From Acaryochloris marina S15 (lineage in GTDB: Bacteria; Cyanobacteriota; Cyanobacteriia; Thermosynechococcales; Thermosynechococcaceae), in contig NZ_CP064923.1 of NCBI RefSeq assembly GCF_018336915.1, positions 1,230,001 through 1,262,000 of the forward strand: 32,000 nt of DNA. The letters are read 5' to 3'. Positions 9,364-18,325 of this stretch are shown here, in pieces; position 1 is the stretch's first letter; every line of letters starts with the position of its first letter. The position numbers and the translations under genes were made by a program. Under the pieces are notes generated by a model that saw only the letters and a program-made list of their open reading frames with translations, did not search any database and was not told the DNA's origin.

Positions 9364-9615
9364 TTACTCTGCAATGATTTGAGGGATCCAGATCGGCTGC
9401 CATCGGCCATTAAGCTCCACGGTCTTCAGAATGGCTAAAGCTCGACTTCCTTTTTCATCCCCACTCATCCCCTTATTCTTCTGACAGCGTCCAACGACAA
9501 CATCTACTCCCTTTTCACTGCCAATTGTCTTCTCTGCTTGCTGACGACGGCGGTAATCAAGGCTCTTCCCAGCTTGATTGCCCTGTGCAGTTTGAATAGG
9601 ATTACTGGAGGACAT
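9364..9615 (-). CDS. hypothetical protein
   Basis: ORF from an internal ATG (MSSSNPIQ...). No recognisable family and no clear RBS, so it may not be a real gene. Confidence 0.3.
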   Translation of the reverse strand: MSSSNPIQTAQGNQAGKSLDYRRRQQAEKTIGSEKGVDVVVGRCQKNKGMSGDEKGSRALAILKTVELNGRWQPIWIPQIIAE

Positions 9616-9703
9616 GAAACCAAACACTTGCAGGTTAAATTACTGTCCACTTTTTTGAGTAAAGGTCAAACACACCAACAGCAAATGAGGTAAGGACAGA
9701 CGT

Positions 9704-9731
9704 ATAAAAAAGCCCCCTGCAAAGCAGAGGG
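9704..9731 (-). terminator. rho-independent terminator downstream of ftsH
   Basis: Minus strand reads GCCCTCTGC-TTT-GCAGGGGGC (one mismatch) followed by TTTTTTAT. Confidence 0.65.
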
Positions 9732-9759
9732 CAACCAAAGGAATTCTCAATGAAAAGGT

Positions 9760-11667
9760 TTAGACAGCGAGAGGCTCTTCAGTCTCTTGGACATGCTGTT
9801 CAGGTTGAGCCTCTAATTCAGGATGGACCTTAGCGAGCATCTCTCGGAGACCATCGCCCTCAATCACTTCCTTCTCCAGCAACTGCTCAGAAATCATCTC
9901 CAGCAGCTCCTTATTTCCCTTCAGGATACCGAGAGCTTCCTGGTGAGCCGTCTCCACAATGCCCTTAACCTCCTTATCAATCTCCTTCGCCGTCTCATCG
10001 CTCACAGCCCGGCGAGCATTCATCCCCCCACCGAGGAAATTATTCTGCTGACCCTTGTCATAAGCTAGAGGACCTAACACCTCACTCATGCCGTAAGACG
10101 TCACCATCTGCTCCGCCAGATCCGTCGCTCTCTGTAAATCATTAGAAGCACCCGTCGTGATACTCCCGAAGATGACCTCCTCCGCAGCTCGTCCACCTAA
10201 CAGAGTGGCAATCTGACCGCGCAGCTCAGCCTCATTCAACAAGAACCGATCTTCCGTAGGCACTTGCAAGGTATAACCCAAGGCAGCCATACCGCGAGGA
10301 ACAATGGAAATCTTCTCCACTTGATCTGAACCGGACATCTTGGCCCCGACAAGGGCATGACCGACCTCGTGGTAAGCCACAATCTTCTTCTCCTTCTCAT
10401 TGAGCACACGGCTCTTCTTCTCTAGACCAGCCACCACTCGCTCAATCGCTTCAGCAAAGTCTTGAGTCTCCACCACCTTGTTGCCGCGTCGGGCTGCTAG
10501 TAGTGCCGCTTCATTCACCAAGTTGGCTAGGTCAGCCCCGGCAAAACCAGGAGTACGAGTGGCCATGGCCTTAAGGTCAACATTCTCACCCAGCTTCACT
10601 TTCTTGGCATAGATTTCCAAGATAGCTAGACGACCCGTGAGATCAGGACGGTCTACTAGTACTTGACGGTCAAATCGACCGGGACGTAATAGGGCAGGGT
10701 CTAAAGTTTCAGGACGGTTAGTTGCAGCAAGAACGATAACAGTTGCATCTCCAGCCCCAAACCCATCCATTTCTGTTAAGAGTTGGTTGAGAGTTTGTTC
10801 CCGCTCATCATTCCCGCCGACGAAGCCATTTCCACCAGACCGGGATTTACCAATGGCATCCAATTCGTCAATAAAGATAATGCAGGGGGCTTTCTTCTTC
10901 GCTTGTTCAAACAAATCACGAACGCGAGCGGCACCAGTACCGACAAATAGTTCCACAAACTCAGAACCCGAGATACTGAAGAACGCAACCCCAGCTTCAC
11001 CGGCGACGGCCTTAGCCATCAATGTTTTACCGGTTCCAGGAGGACCTACTAGGAGAACACCCTTGGGAATCTTGGCACCAATGTCAGTAAAGCGCTTGGG
11101 AGACTGGAGGAACTCAACAATTTCTTCGAGTTCGGCTTTGGATTCTTCGACACCAGCGACATCATCAAAGGTGACTTTATTGTCATCGCCTTCGACATAG
11201 ACTTTGGCTTTGTTCTTGGTCACAGAGAGGGCACCTTGGGGACCACCGCCGCCCATGCCACCACGACTAAAGAATTGGAAGATGGCGACGAAGATAACGG
11301 GGGGAATGACCCAGCTCAGGAGGGTAGTGAACCAGCGATTGCCCGCAGGAGGGGTAGCAGCGAATTCGACGCCTTTAGATTCGAGAAGCTTGGGGAGTTC
11401 TAGGTCAAAGATAGGAGTGGTTTCTTGAACTCGACTGACATCTCCCTCTGTACCTTTGAGTTGATAACGGATAACGTCTTGGCCAACGGAGACCCGAGCC
11501 ACTTCTTCATCTTGGACTTGCTCAATAAAGAAGCTATAGGGAACTTTAGAAACTTGTGGACCATTACCAAAGGTCAACACTAGATTGATGACTAATAGCC
11601 CCAAAGGCAGTAACAGTAAGATTATTCTTAAGGGATTAGGACGGCGTGGTTTGTCATTAACAGGCAT
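9760..11667 (-). CDS. ftsH: ATP-dependent zinc metalloprotease FtsH
   Basis: 635 aa with Walker A GPPGTGKT, Walker B IIFIDELD, the SRH region and the HEVGHA zinc motif. The N-terminal region ([18 protein letters not shown]) resembles the FtsH4 (sll1463) class as I recall it. Confidence 0.95.
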   Translation of the reverse strand: MPVNDKPRRPNPLRIILLLLPLGLLVINLVLTFGNGPQVSKVPYSFFIEQVQDEEVARVSVGQDVIRYQLKGTEGDVSRVQETTPIFDLELPKLLESKGVEFAATPPAGNRWFTTLLSWVIPPVIFVAIFQFFSRGGMGGGGPQGALSVTKNKAKVYVEGDDNKVTFDDVAGVEESKAELEEIVEFLQSPKRFTDIGAKIPKGVLLVGPPGTGKTLMAKAVAGEAGVAFFSISGSEFVELFVGTGAARVRDLFEQAKKKAPCIIFIDELDAIGKSRSGGNGFVGGNDEREQTLNQLLTEMDGFGAGDATVIVLAATNRPETLDPALLRPGRFDRQVLVDRPDLTGRLAILEIYAKKVKLGENVDLKAMATRTPGFAGADLANLVNEAALLAARRGNKVVETQDFAEAIERVVAGLEKKSRVLNEKEKKIVAYHEVGHALVGAKMSGSDQVEKISIVPRGMAALGYTLQVPTEDRFLLNEAELRGQIATLLGGRAAEEVIFGSITTGASNDLQRATDLAEQMVTSYGMSEVLGPLAYDKGQQNNFLGGGMNARRAVSDETAKEIDKEVKGIVETAHQEALGILKGNKELLEMISEQLLEKEVIEGDGLREMLAKVHPELEAQPEQHVQETEEPLAV

Positions 11668-11764
11668 GAGAAGGTCCTTATCTAAAAAAGTGGTGTAATA
11701 ACTCGATGGGCAAGACTCAGGTCTTAAGGGTTCGATAACGCGAACCCATCGTTGCGCTGGCTTT

Positions 11765-11962
11765 TTATGCTAGGAGTCCAAGACGTTTGCCATTGTCGCG
11801 AGCTAGTCGAATCCAACCTTGACGGCGACTCCGGTCAATACCCATTTGATTGCAGACATTCGTAATGGCTTTAGAGTGCATAGCGATGCCTTTGCCTCTG
11901 AGCTTTACAAATTTGGGCTGACCAACGATGTTGCGAACTAGGACGACGAGAGGGGCAAACAT
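11765..11962 (-). CDS. pgr5: PGR5-like protein (cyclic electron flow), Ssr2016 homolog
   Basis: 65 aa: MFAPLVVLVRN...RGKGIAMHSKAITNVCNQMGID...IRLARDNGKRLGLLA. Length and termini match my recollection of cyanobacterial PGR5. An AAGGA RBS is present. Confidence 0.8.
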   Translation of the reverse strand: MFAPLVVLVRNIVGQPKFVKLRGKGIAMHSKAITNVCNQMGIDRSRRQGWIRLARDNGKRLGLLA

Positions 11963-11974
11963 GATGAATTCCTT

Positions 11975-12023
11975 TGTGTAACTTTATGTAAACTATATTA
12001 ACTATTTTGTAAAGTTGTGTCAA
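11975..12023 (-). promoter_or_regulatory. predicted pgr5 promoter with HLR1-like TTTACA repeats
   Basis: Minus strand reads TTGACA (12018-12023), a 17-nt spacer, then TAATAT (11995-12000). TTTACAAA lies in the spacer and GTTTACATAA just downstream of the -10 box. Confidence 0.55.
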
Positions 12024-12240
12024 ATAAATTTACATATTCATGTTTTTGTGATAAAAAAGACGATTTGAGCAATTATTACGTCTTTTACCCTTAAATCAAT
12101 GATTTTAGGATTGAAAAGTATTTATAGAGCAATAAATACTATGAAAAATCAATTAATAAAGTTTTTAAGTCTTATTTGCTTATTTATCCGTCTTTAATAA
12201 AATTATGACTTCATCCTGAAGTCTCTGAGCTTATTGTTTT

Positions 12241-12260
12241 TTGTAAATGTATGTAAAACA
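12241..12260 (-). promoter_or_regulatory. canonical HLR1-type direct repeat
   Basis: Minus strand reads TTTACATA-CA-TTTACAAA, two 8-mers with a 2-nt spacer and 10-nt periodicity. A possible -10 box TAAGCT lies 18 nt after the first TTTACA. Confidence 0.45.
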
Positions 12261-12293
12261 AAAGAAGCTGCTCTTCTATATAAAGAGCAGCTT
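12255..12293 (-). terminator. rho-independent terminator
   Basis: Perfect 11-bp stem AAGCTGCTCTT / AAGAGCAGCTT (12265-12275 and 12283-12293) with a 7-nt loop. On the minus strand it is followed by CTTTTGTTTT. Confidence 0.6.
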
Positions 12294-12326
12294 GAGAGGT
12301 AGAGAGAATGTTTGAGTGGCCCTAGT

Positions 12327-12680
12327 TTAGGAAGCCATATACTCTTGCAAGCCCCCCTTCTGTGACCGAAACAGTTGAAATGCTGCTCGCTCAACTCGAC
12401 GCACCTATTCTCGACTCACATTCAAATGCTCACCTACTTTTACTAAGGTCAATGGGTTTTGATCGATCAGGTCATACCGTAAGGTAATGACTTCCCGCTG
12501 TTGAGGATTTAGAGATTGTAGGAGTTTTGCTAAGAGGATGTTGTTGCATCGTCTTCTGGGGACGCATGAGGAACTTCTCGCAATTTCCATAGTGCAGTAT
12601 TTTGTTGATTGCTAATCTGAATATCCAAAGAAATGGAATGATGAGCATAATCCAGAAAGGTTTCAATAATGGAAGTAATG
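12327..12680 (-). pseudogene. group-2 sigma-70 factor remnant (regions 3-4 only)
   Basis: Readable text: SISLD...SPEDD, then a frameshift, then LNPQQREVITLRYDL...TLVKVGEHLNVSRE-TAG-VRRVERAAFQLFR...QEYMAS. There is an in-frame stop inside the region 4.2 SRERVRQ motif, and regions 1-2 are absent. Confidence 0.7.
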
Positions 12681-12712
12681 GAAAAAAAATAACCCCAGCT
12701 CACAGCTGGGGT
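12681..12712 (-). terminator. rho-independent terminator downstream of hli
   Basis: Minus strand reads ACCCCAGCT-GTG-AGCTGGGGT (perfect 9-bp stem) followed by TATTTTTTTTC. Confidence 0.7.
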
Positions 12713-12774
12713 CAAAGAAGAAGGAAGAGGTAGTTAAGGACTATTCACGACGCTAAGTCAGGTGCAAATAGAAA

Positions 12775-12933
12775 TTAATTAACAAAGAAGAAAAATGAAG
12801 AAAGTTGTCCGAGGATTCCTTTTCCTGTCAATACCTCAGTGATCAAGGCGATGAAAAACCCAGACATTGCTAGGCGACCACTGAATGTCTCTGCAAAGCT
12901 GTTAAAACCCCAAGTCTGATTCTTGATGCTCAT
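12775..12933 (-). CDS. hli: high-light-inducible protein (HLIP/Scp, CAB family); unannotated, 52 aa
   Basis: Sequence MSIKNQTWGFNSFAETFSGRLAMSGFFIALITEVLTGKGILGQL.... It carries the HLIP signature GFN..AE..(N/S)GRLAM.GF...E..TG.G. A GGAG RBS lies upstream. Confidence 0.8.
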   Translation of the reverse strand: MSIKNQTWGFNSFAETFSGRLAMSGFFIALITEVLTGKGILGQLSSFFFFVN

Positions 12934-12956
12934 GGTGTTTGACTCCGTAATGCGAA

Positions 12957-13001
12957 TTAACTTATGTAAACTAATGTAAACCTTATGTAAAGTTTTGTCA
13001 A
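12957..13001 (-). promoter_or_regulatory. predicted hli promoter with three tandem HLR1-like repeats
   Basis: Minus strand reads TTGACA (12996-13001), a 17-nt spacer, then TACATT (12973-12978). The repeats TTTACATA, TTTACATT and TTTACATA sit at 11- and 10-nt spacing across the spacer, the -10 box and the likely start site. Confidence 0.6.
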
Positions 13002-13153
13002 CCCCAGATCAAATTTCTGTTGGGCTGGATGCTCATGAAAGATGTTGACTCTGCCGGCTGGAAGAGAGAGAGGCTAAATTCATGAGTAAACCCGGAAAAA
13101 TTTATAGGTGGTCTCTGGCTATGTTGGAGATTGACCCCGTTGCCATGAAAGAT

Positions 13154-14068
13154 CTACCAGTGAATGCCTGTTAATCTTTCGAGGCAAATTAGAAAGAGTC
13201 TGGCATTGGGAATTGCGGCATAGCCGAAGGAATACTTGCCTTTCCCAGACCACCAGGTGGAATCCTTATGCTTAAACTGAAATACTCCACCCCCCAACTG
13301 AATATCTTTCATATCAGCCACCTCGACTTTGTGAGTGCCGCTCTTCTCTTCAAACTCCATAAAGCCTGGCCCAATCCTCACCACGCGCAAGGTCTTGCCA
13401 ATGGGAAACTCGATATACCCCAGTTGGTTGAGTTGTTCGTTGATGACTGGTAAGAGATGGGTGCTCCACCGCCCTTCTGCAGCCTGGGCAAAGTGGCACA
13501 AATTATCCGCAGGTGGGTTTCCTTTTTGACTGCGGTAGGAGCCCTTTAGCCTAAATTCTGGCCCTGAAAGTCGAGTCCACCAGTAGTTGAAGGTTGTGCC
13601 GGTATAGACGCCGTTGTAATAATTCCGGGTTTGCTGAGTGAAGAGATTTTTTCCATCCTTAAATAGAAAGATCTCAGTTTTAGGTTGGCCGGAGCGCTTC
13701 CCCTTGAGGCTGTGGAGGGCAATACCCAGCTCGCCAACATAAGAGCATTGATAGAAATATTGCGTGGTGAGGATGCCAATACCAATGAAAATCACTGTAC
13801 TTATCAGGGCACAAATCAGGACGGGAAGTTCCGTCACAAATGCAAAAATACAGCCTCCCACTGCTCCACCGCTGGCCCAAAGCATGCAGTTCTTGAGTCG
13901 CTCTTGACCTTGGTTCGCCTGTTTAGAACGGGATAAGCTGCTATCTGCTGAAATAATCTCACCTATTTCGGGTGGTGGTGGCGCAAAAAACTCCATATCT
14001 GGAATAATTTGACTCCCAACATGGCGAACGACGTTTTCAGTTGGCGTCCAGCTCATTTCACCAGTCAT
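13154..14068 (-). CDS. hypothetical membrane protein
   Basis: 304-aa ORF with two adjacent TM helices (residues ~70-105) and a ~200-aa Trp/Tyr/Gly-rich soluble C-terminal domain. No family recognised. Confidence 0.6.
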   Translation of the reverse strand: MTGEMSWTPTENVVRHVGSQIIPDMEFFAPPPPEIGEIISADSSLSRSKQANQGQERLKNCMLWASGGAVGGCIFAFVTELPVLICALISTVIFIGIGILTTQYFYQCSYVGELGIALHSLKGKRSGQPKTEIFLFKDGKNLFTQQTRNYYNGVYTGTTFNYWWTRLSGPEFRLKGSYRSQKGNPPADNLCHFAQAAEGRWSTHLLPVINEQLNQLGYIEFPIGKTLRVVRIGPGFMEFEEKSGTHKVEVADMKDIQLGGGVFQFKHKDSTWWSGKGKYSFGYAAIPNARLFLICLERLTGIHW

Positions 14069-14427
14069 ACCTTTTAATGCCTCTAAATCACTACTTCCCC
14101 CACAGAACTGCTGCTGTCAAAGGAATACAGTCAAGCCTAAAACAGCTAGGTAACGGCATCCTAGAGCCAGGAGCATCAGTCAATTTGAATTCAGGCTCAA
14201 TAATATACCGTCTGTATTGCAGTTGTGCAGTAGAACGGTAAGCCATGAGGGGGCTTACCCATTCCTTAGCCAACCATATTCAATGGTGTGAGTCATTTCG
14301 GGTCAGACTGATTCGCTTCACTGCATTTGTTCCTTCACGAGAAATCTATGATGACTTGCCCAAGGGAGAGCAGCAACACAGTACGCTGAAAAGATATCCC
14401 AGCAATCAACGCTGTTCCAATTGACCT

Positions 14428-16224
14428 ATGGCAACAAAGCATCCTGACTCCAAAACCCTGCATCCGCTGACTCGGCTGTTCAAGTATGGGCGGGTTTATC
14501 GTTCCCAAATTTGGTCTGCAGCAACCTGCTCTGTCCTCAACAAGATTTTTGATCTGGCCCCTCCGGTACTGATTGGAGCGGCGGTGGATATTGTGGTCAA
14601 GCGTCAGGATTCTCTGATTGCGGCCCTGGGCATTACTGATGTCTTTCAGCAATTGCTGGCCTTGTCGCTTATTTCGGCGATTATTTGGGGACTGGAGTCT
14701 GTCTTTGAATATGCCTATGCGCGTCTGTGGCGGAACTTAGCCCAGACAATGCAGCATGACCTGCGTTTAGATGCCTATCAGCATTTACAGAATCTGGAGT
14801 TGGCCTATTTCGAGGATCGCAGTACGGGGGAGCTGATGTCGATTCTGAACGACGACATTAACCAGCTAGAGCGGTTTTTGGATGGTGGGGCCAACGATAT
14901 TTTGCAGGTAATCACCACCGTGGTGATTATTAGTAGTGCCTTTTTTATCCTGGCTCCTACGGTGGGGTGGATGGCGATGCTGCCGATTCCTTTGATTATT
15001 TGGGGTGCGATCGCATTTCAAAAAAAGCTGGCTCCCTACTATATGACTGTGCGAGAAAAGGTGAGCTTTCTCAATGGTCGTCTTGCCAATAATCTCAGCG
15101 GTATGGTGACGATCAAGAGCTTTACGGCGGAGGAATTTGAAGCCCAACAGGTGAGAACCGATAGCGATGCCTACCGCCAGAGCAATAGTCGGGCCATTGC
15201 TTTTAGTGCGGCGTTTATTCCTCTGATTCGAATTTTGATTTTGCTGGCGTTTATGGCGATTATGCTGTTTGGCGGTATGGAAGTGATGGCCGATCGTCTA
15301 GAGGTGGGCACCTATAGCGTGTTAGTCTTTCTGACCCAGCGCCTGCTGTGGCCCTTGACTCGATTGGGAGACACCCTCGATCAGTACCAGCGAGCAATGG
15401 CTTCGATTCAGCGGGTGATGGCCTTGCTGGATACGCCGATTCAAATTCATCCGGGGCATCTAAATTTACCCGTCCCGCAGGTTAAAGGAGAGGTGCAGTT
15501 TAAGGATGTTTCGTTTGAGTACTATCCCGATTTACCGATTATCCATAATGTTTCTCTGACGATTCCGGCAGGTGAAACCATTGCTATCGTCGGTTCGACT
15601 GGATCGGGAAAAAGTACTCTGGTGAAGCTCTTATTGCGATTTTATGAAGCCCATACGGGGGACATCACCCTAGACGGTATTGGTATTGAAACCCTGCAGC
15701 TTAAAGACTTGCGCCAAGCCATTGGCCTAGTCAGCCAGGATGTATTTCTGTTTCACGGTACGGTTTACGAAAATATTGCCTACGGCCAACCCCAAATCGA
15801 TCAGGCCCAGGTGGAAAAGGCGGCCAAAAATGCCGAAGCTCATGAATTTATTTCCCAGCTGCCAGAGGGGTATCACACGATTGTGGGGGAACGAGGCCAG
15901 AAGTTGTCTGGCGGGCAACGGCAACGACTTGCTATTGCCCGCACGCTACTCAAAGATCCACCGATTTTGATCCTGGATGAAGCCACCTCTGCCGTGGATA
16001 ACGAGACGGAAGCAGCGATTCAGCGGTCTTTAGATCGGATTACGGTGGATCGGACAACCATTGCCATCGCCCATCGTTTATCTACGATTCGCCATGCCGA
16101 CTGTATCTATGTGATGGAGCAAGGCCGGATTGTAGAACAAGGAAAGCATGAACAGTTGCTGGCTCATGACGGCATCTATGCTCAGCTTTGGCGCGTCCAA
16201 ACAGGACAGCGGGTTGAGGTGTAG
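14428..16224 (+). CDS. ABC transporter permease/ATP-binding protein (MsbA/MdlB-type exporter)
   Basis: 598 aa with a six-TM N-terminal domain. Motifs: Walker [10 protein letters not shown], signature LSGGQRQR, Walker [13 protein letters not shown] and the H-loop. Confidence 0.9.
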   Translation: MATKHPDSKTLHPLTRLFKYGRVYRSQIWSAATCSVLNKIFDLAPPVLIGAAVDIVVKRQDSLIAALGITDVFQQLLALSLISAIIWGLESVFEYAYARLWRNLAQTMQHDLRLDAYQHLQNLELAYFEDRSTGELMSILNDDINQLERFLDGGANDILQVITTVVIISSAFFILAPTVGWMAMLPIPLIIWGAIAFQKKLAPYYMTVREKVSFLNGRLANNLSGMVTIKSFTAEEFEAQQVRTDSDAYRQSNSRAIAFSAAFIPLIRILILLAFMAIMLFGGMEVMADRLEVGTYSVLVFLTQRLLWPLTRLGDTLDQYQRAMASIQRVMALLDTPIQIHPGHLNLPVPQVKGEVQFKDVSFEYYPDLPIIHNVSLTIPAGETIAIVGSTGSGKSTLVKLLLRFYEAHTGDITLDGIGIETLQLKDLRQAIGLVSQDVFLFHGTVYENIAYGQPQIDQAQVEKAAKNAEAHEFISQLPEGYHTIVGERGQKLSGGQRQRLAIARTLLKDPPILILDEATSAVDNETEAAIQRSLDRITVDRTTIAIAHRLSTIRHADCIYVMEQGRIVEQGKHEQLLAHDGIYAQLWRVQTGQRVEV

Positions 16225-16251
16225 CCTTAATATTGGTCCTAAATCTGCCCG

Positions 16252-16980
16252 TTAAGAATCTTTCCTAGCTTGACTGTCGCTGACATCACGCAAACAGACA
16301 ACAGATGCTCCCTGCCCTTCCCACTGAGCATCTGCAACAGTGATTTCAGCTATACCATAGGTATTATCCAACCGGAGAATTTCTATTTGCGCGAGATGTT
16401 CCTCAACAATAGGAATGCCCAGATGGTGCCCCAACAGGTTAGAGTCTAGTTTATTGAACATATGGATCACTGCTGGATTAGCAAATTTAATGATTCCCTC
16501 TTGATCAATCACTAAAAGACCATCCTGAACATTGGTAATAATCGTCTCAAATTTATTGTTCAGTCTTTGAATTTCTATTTTTTGTTGCCTCAGATTAATA
16601 TGCGTATTAACCCGTGTTAAGACTTCCCGATCATTAAAGGGTTTCATCACATAATCTACGGCGCCTTTCTCAAAGGCTTTAAGGATATGCTCCTGGTCAC
16701 GGCTTGCTGTTAGGAATAAGATAGGAATGTCTTGAAAGTCCGAATTTGATTTTATTTGTTCGCACAATTCAAACCCATCCATCCCTGGCATGAATAAATC
16801 TAATAGGATGAGATCAGGTTGTTGAGCATTTAGACGCTGCAACGCATTTTGGCCATTGCTTGCACAAGTTACGGAATAGCCGTGATTTTCTAATAGTATG
16901 GCGAGGGTTTGAATGGTCTCAATTCGGTCATCAACGATTAAAATCGCAGGCTGAGACAGCTTACGTGAAGATACGTCCAT
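16252..16980 (-). CDS. response regulator with a PAS domain
   Basis: Canonical receiver (ILIVDD, DLILLDLFMPGMDG, LFLTA, KPF) followed by a PAS-like region (DGLLVIDQEGIIKFANPA). Confidence 0.85.
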   Translation of the reverse strand: MDVSSRKLSQPAILIVDDRIETIQTLAILLENHGYSVTCASNGQNALQRLNAQQPDLILLDLFMPGMDGFELCEQIKSNSDFQDIPILFLTASRDQEHILKAFEKGAVDYVMKPFNDREVLTRVNTHINLRQQKIEIQRLNNKFETIITNVQDGLLVIDQEGIIKFANPAVIHMFNKLDSNLLGHHLGIPIVEEHLAQIEILRLDNTYGIAEITVADAQWEGQGASVVCLRDVSDSQARKDS

Positions 16981-17330
16981 ATTTCTAAGACATCATCACA
17001 AGATATCGTTGAGTTCAATACTGTATAGTCTACGCTGCTTTCGTGTTTGTAGGGTTCTGCCCTCAATCAATTGTTATATATTCTCTTGTTTATTCTCCGG
17101 GGATATTGTGCCTCTATACAACCTTGAAAAATTAAACATTCAGCGATATTTAAACTTGCTCTGTATCTCTTCAAAATATTTGATCTGATACCTAAAAAAG
17201 ATTCGAATTTTTTCATGCAAATCTTGGCAAAATTGTAGACAGGAGAGGAAGTCACTTCTTTGCCAATAGGTATTTTCTGTCGAGGGGGGAAATGCGATAA
17301 CACGATGAAGTGTGACTCCAACCTATGAAT

Positions 17331-17852
17331 CTATAGGGAGGTTAGACTTTCGCAGTCAGCAAACATCCACTGCCAATAACAGCGGTTTCTGTCCTGTTTA
17401 ATAATTTCTGCACCTAATCGGTAATAAAACTGGAGACCTCGATGATTGCGGGCATCCGCTGTCCAGGCAATATGGGTGCAGTTATGGCTGGAGGCAATTT
17501 GGGCTAAATGCTGCATTAAGGCTGTGCCTGCACCCTGGCTACGATCTTTTGCTGCAATGTACAGGTCATCTAACCAAATGCTGGGCTGACCCGCAAAAGA
17601 AGAATATCGAAATCCGTAAAGGGCAAATCCGACAGGCTGGTCTTGCTGGTCTGCAAACAGCACATAGGCAAACGGGGTAGGACCAAAAATTGTGGATTGA
17701 ATTTTGGCTTCTGAAGTTTGTATGGTGCCCTGATAGGCTCCAACGCTACGGTCAAACTCGGCCTTGTGCTGAATAAACTGATAAATAAGGTGCGTGTCTG
17801 CTGGAGTTGCAGTTCGGGTGTGCATTTCAACAGGTAGAGAAGACTCATTCAA
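17331..17852 (-). CDS. GNAT family N-acetyltransferase
   Basis: 173 aa with the acetyl-CoA motif RSQGAGTALMQHL and GNAT beta-strand patterns. Confidence 0.85.
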   Translation of the reverse strand: MNESSLPVEMHTRTATPADTHLIYQFIQHKAEFDRSVGAYQGTIQTSEAKIQSTIFGPTPFAYVLFADQQDQPVGFALYGFRYSSFAGQPSIWLDDLYIAAKDRSQGAGTALMQHLAQIASSHNCTHIAWTADARNHRGLQFYYRLGAEIIKQDRNRCYWQWMFADCESLTSL

Positions 17853-18044
17853 TTTTATGTTATCGAAATGTGCCTAGGTGGTTTGTGGCGTACAGTGTTT
17901 TTCTTAGGATAATGCAGCCTGATTATATTTCAATGCAATGGATGGTTGATGAGCCTGCTCGATACAGTTTTTTTTTGATGTATTTCTTTGATGAATACTT
18001 GTGGAGTAAATGCGTTAAATGGCCGTGAGTACTCCATAAAAAAG

Positions 18045-18279
18045 AAATCTATTTATCTCTATAAAGAGACTTTTTATGATTGATTAAATCTATTTCTATG
18101 TATTTAAAATTAAAATGCTATGGCAATAAAAACAACTGCAATGATTGTGTGTATTTGCAGTGTTAACTTATAAGTATCTCTCAGAGTAATTTAAAAATAT
18201 CTTTTAGTATTCAAGAGGCATAAATAGATTTACTAGACTGACAGAATGATATTTATGTCAATTGAACTAAAATCTATAT
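18045..18279. promoter_or_regulatory. cluster of AAATCTATTT motifs upstream of the PEP-CTERM gene
   Basis: Exact copies at 18045-18054 and 18086-18095, and inverted at 18222-18231. A one-mismatch copy lies at 18270-18279. Confidence 0.35.
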
Positions 18280-18325
18280 TTTTTGTAGTTAATCTATCGT
18301 ATTAAAGCCATAGGGGGAGGGTTTA

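Noticed and set aside
9123-9410. 95-aa minus-strand ORF just outside the IS
   Set aside because: It ends in a stop that overlaps the right TSD copy and runs out of frame over the reconstructed signal-peptide start. It has no motifs and more likely covers the promoter and leader of the interrupted gene.
10787-11200. 137-aa plus-strand ORF inside ftsH, along with 9823-10068, 10776-11000 and 11204-11428
   Set aside because: These are antisense or off-frame shadows of a well-supported gene. They have low-complexity Ser/Pro/Arg-rich composition, no RBS and no recognisable motifs.
11728-11747. Hairpin GGGTTCG-ATAACG-CGAACCC between pgr5 and ftsH, considered as a terminator
   Set aside because: No T-tract follows on the minus strand, so I do not call it a terminator. 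It may be a processing or stability element.
13082-13174. 30-aa plus-strand ORF with a purine-rich upstream stretch near the hli promoter
   Set aside because: It overlaps the 3-prime end of the 304-aa gene on the opposite strand. It has no motif and nothing beyond a weak RBS-like sequence supports it.
17067-17321. 84-aa minus-strand ORF between the GNAT and response-regulator genes
   Set aside because: It lies in an AT-rich intergenic region with odd composition, no RBS and no family resemblance. It is probably the promoter region of the response-regulator gene.
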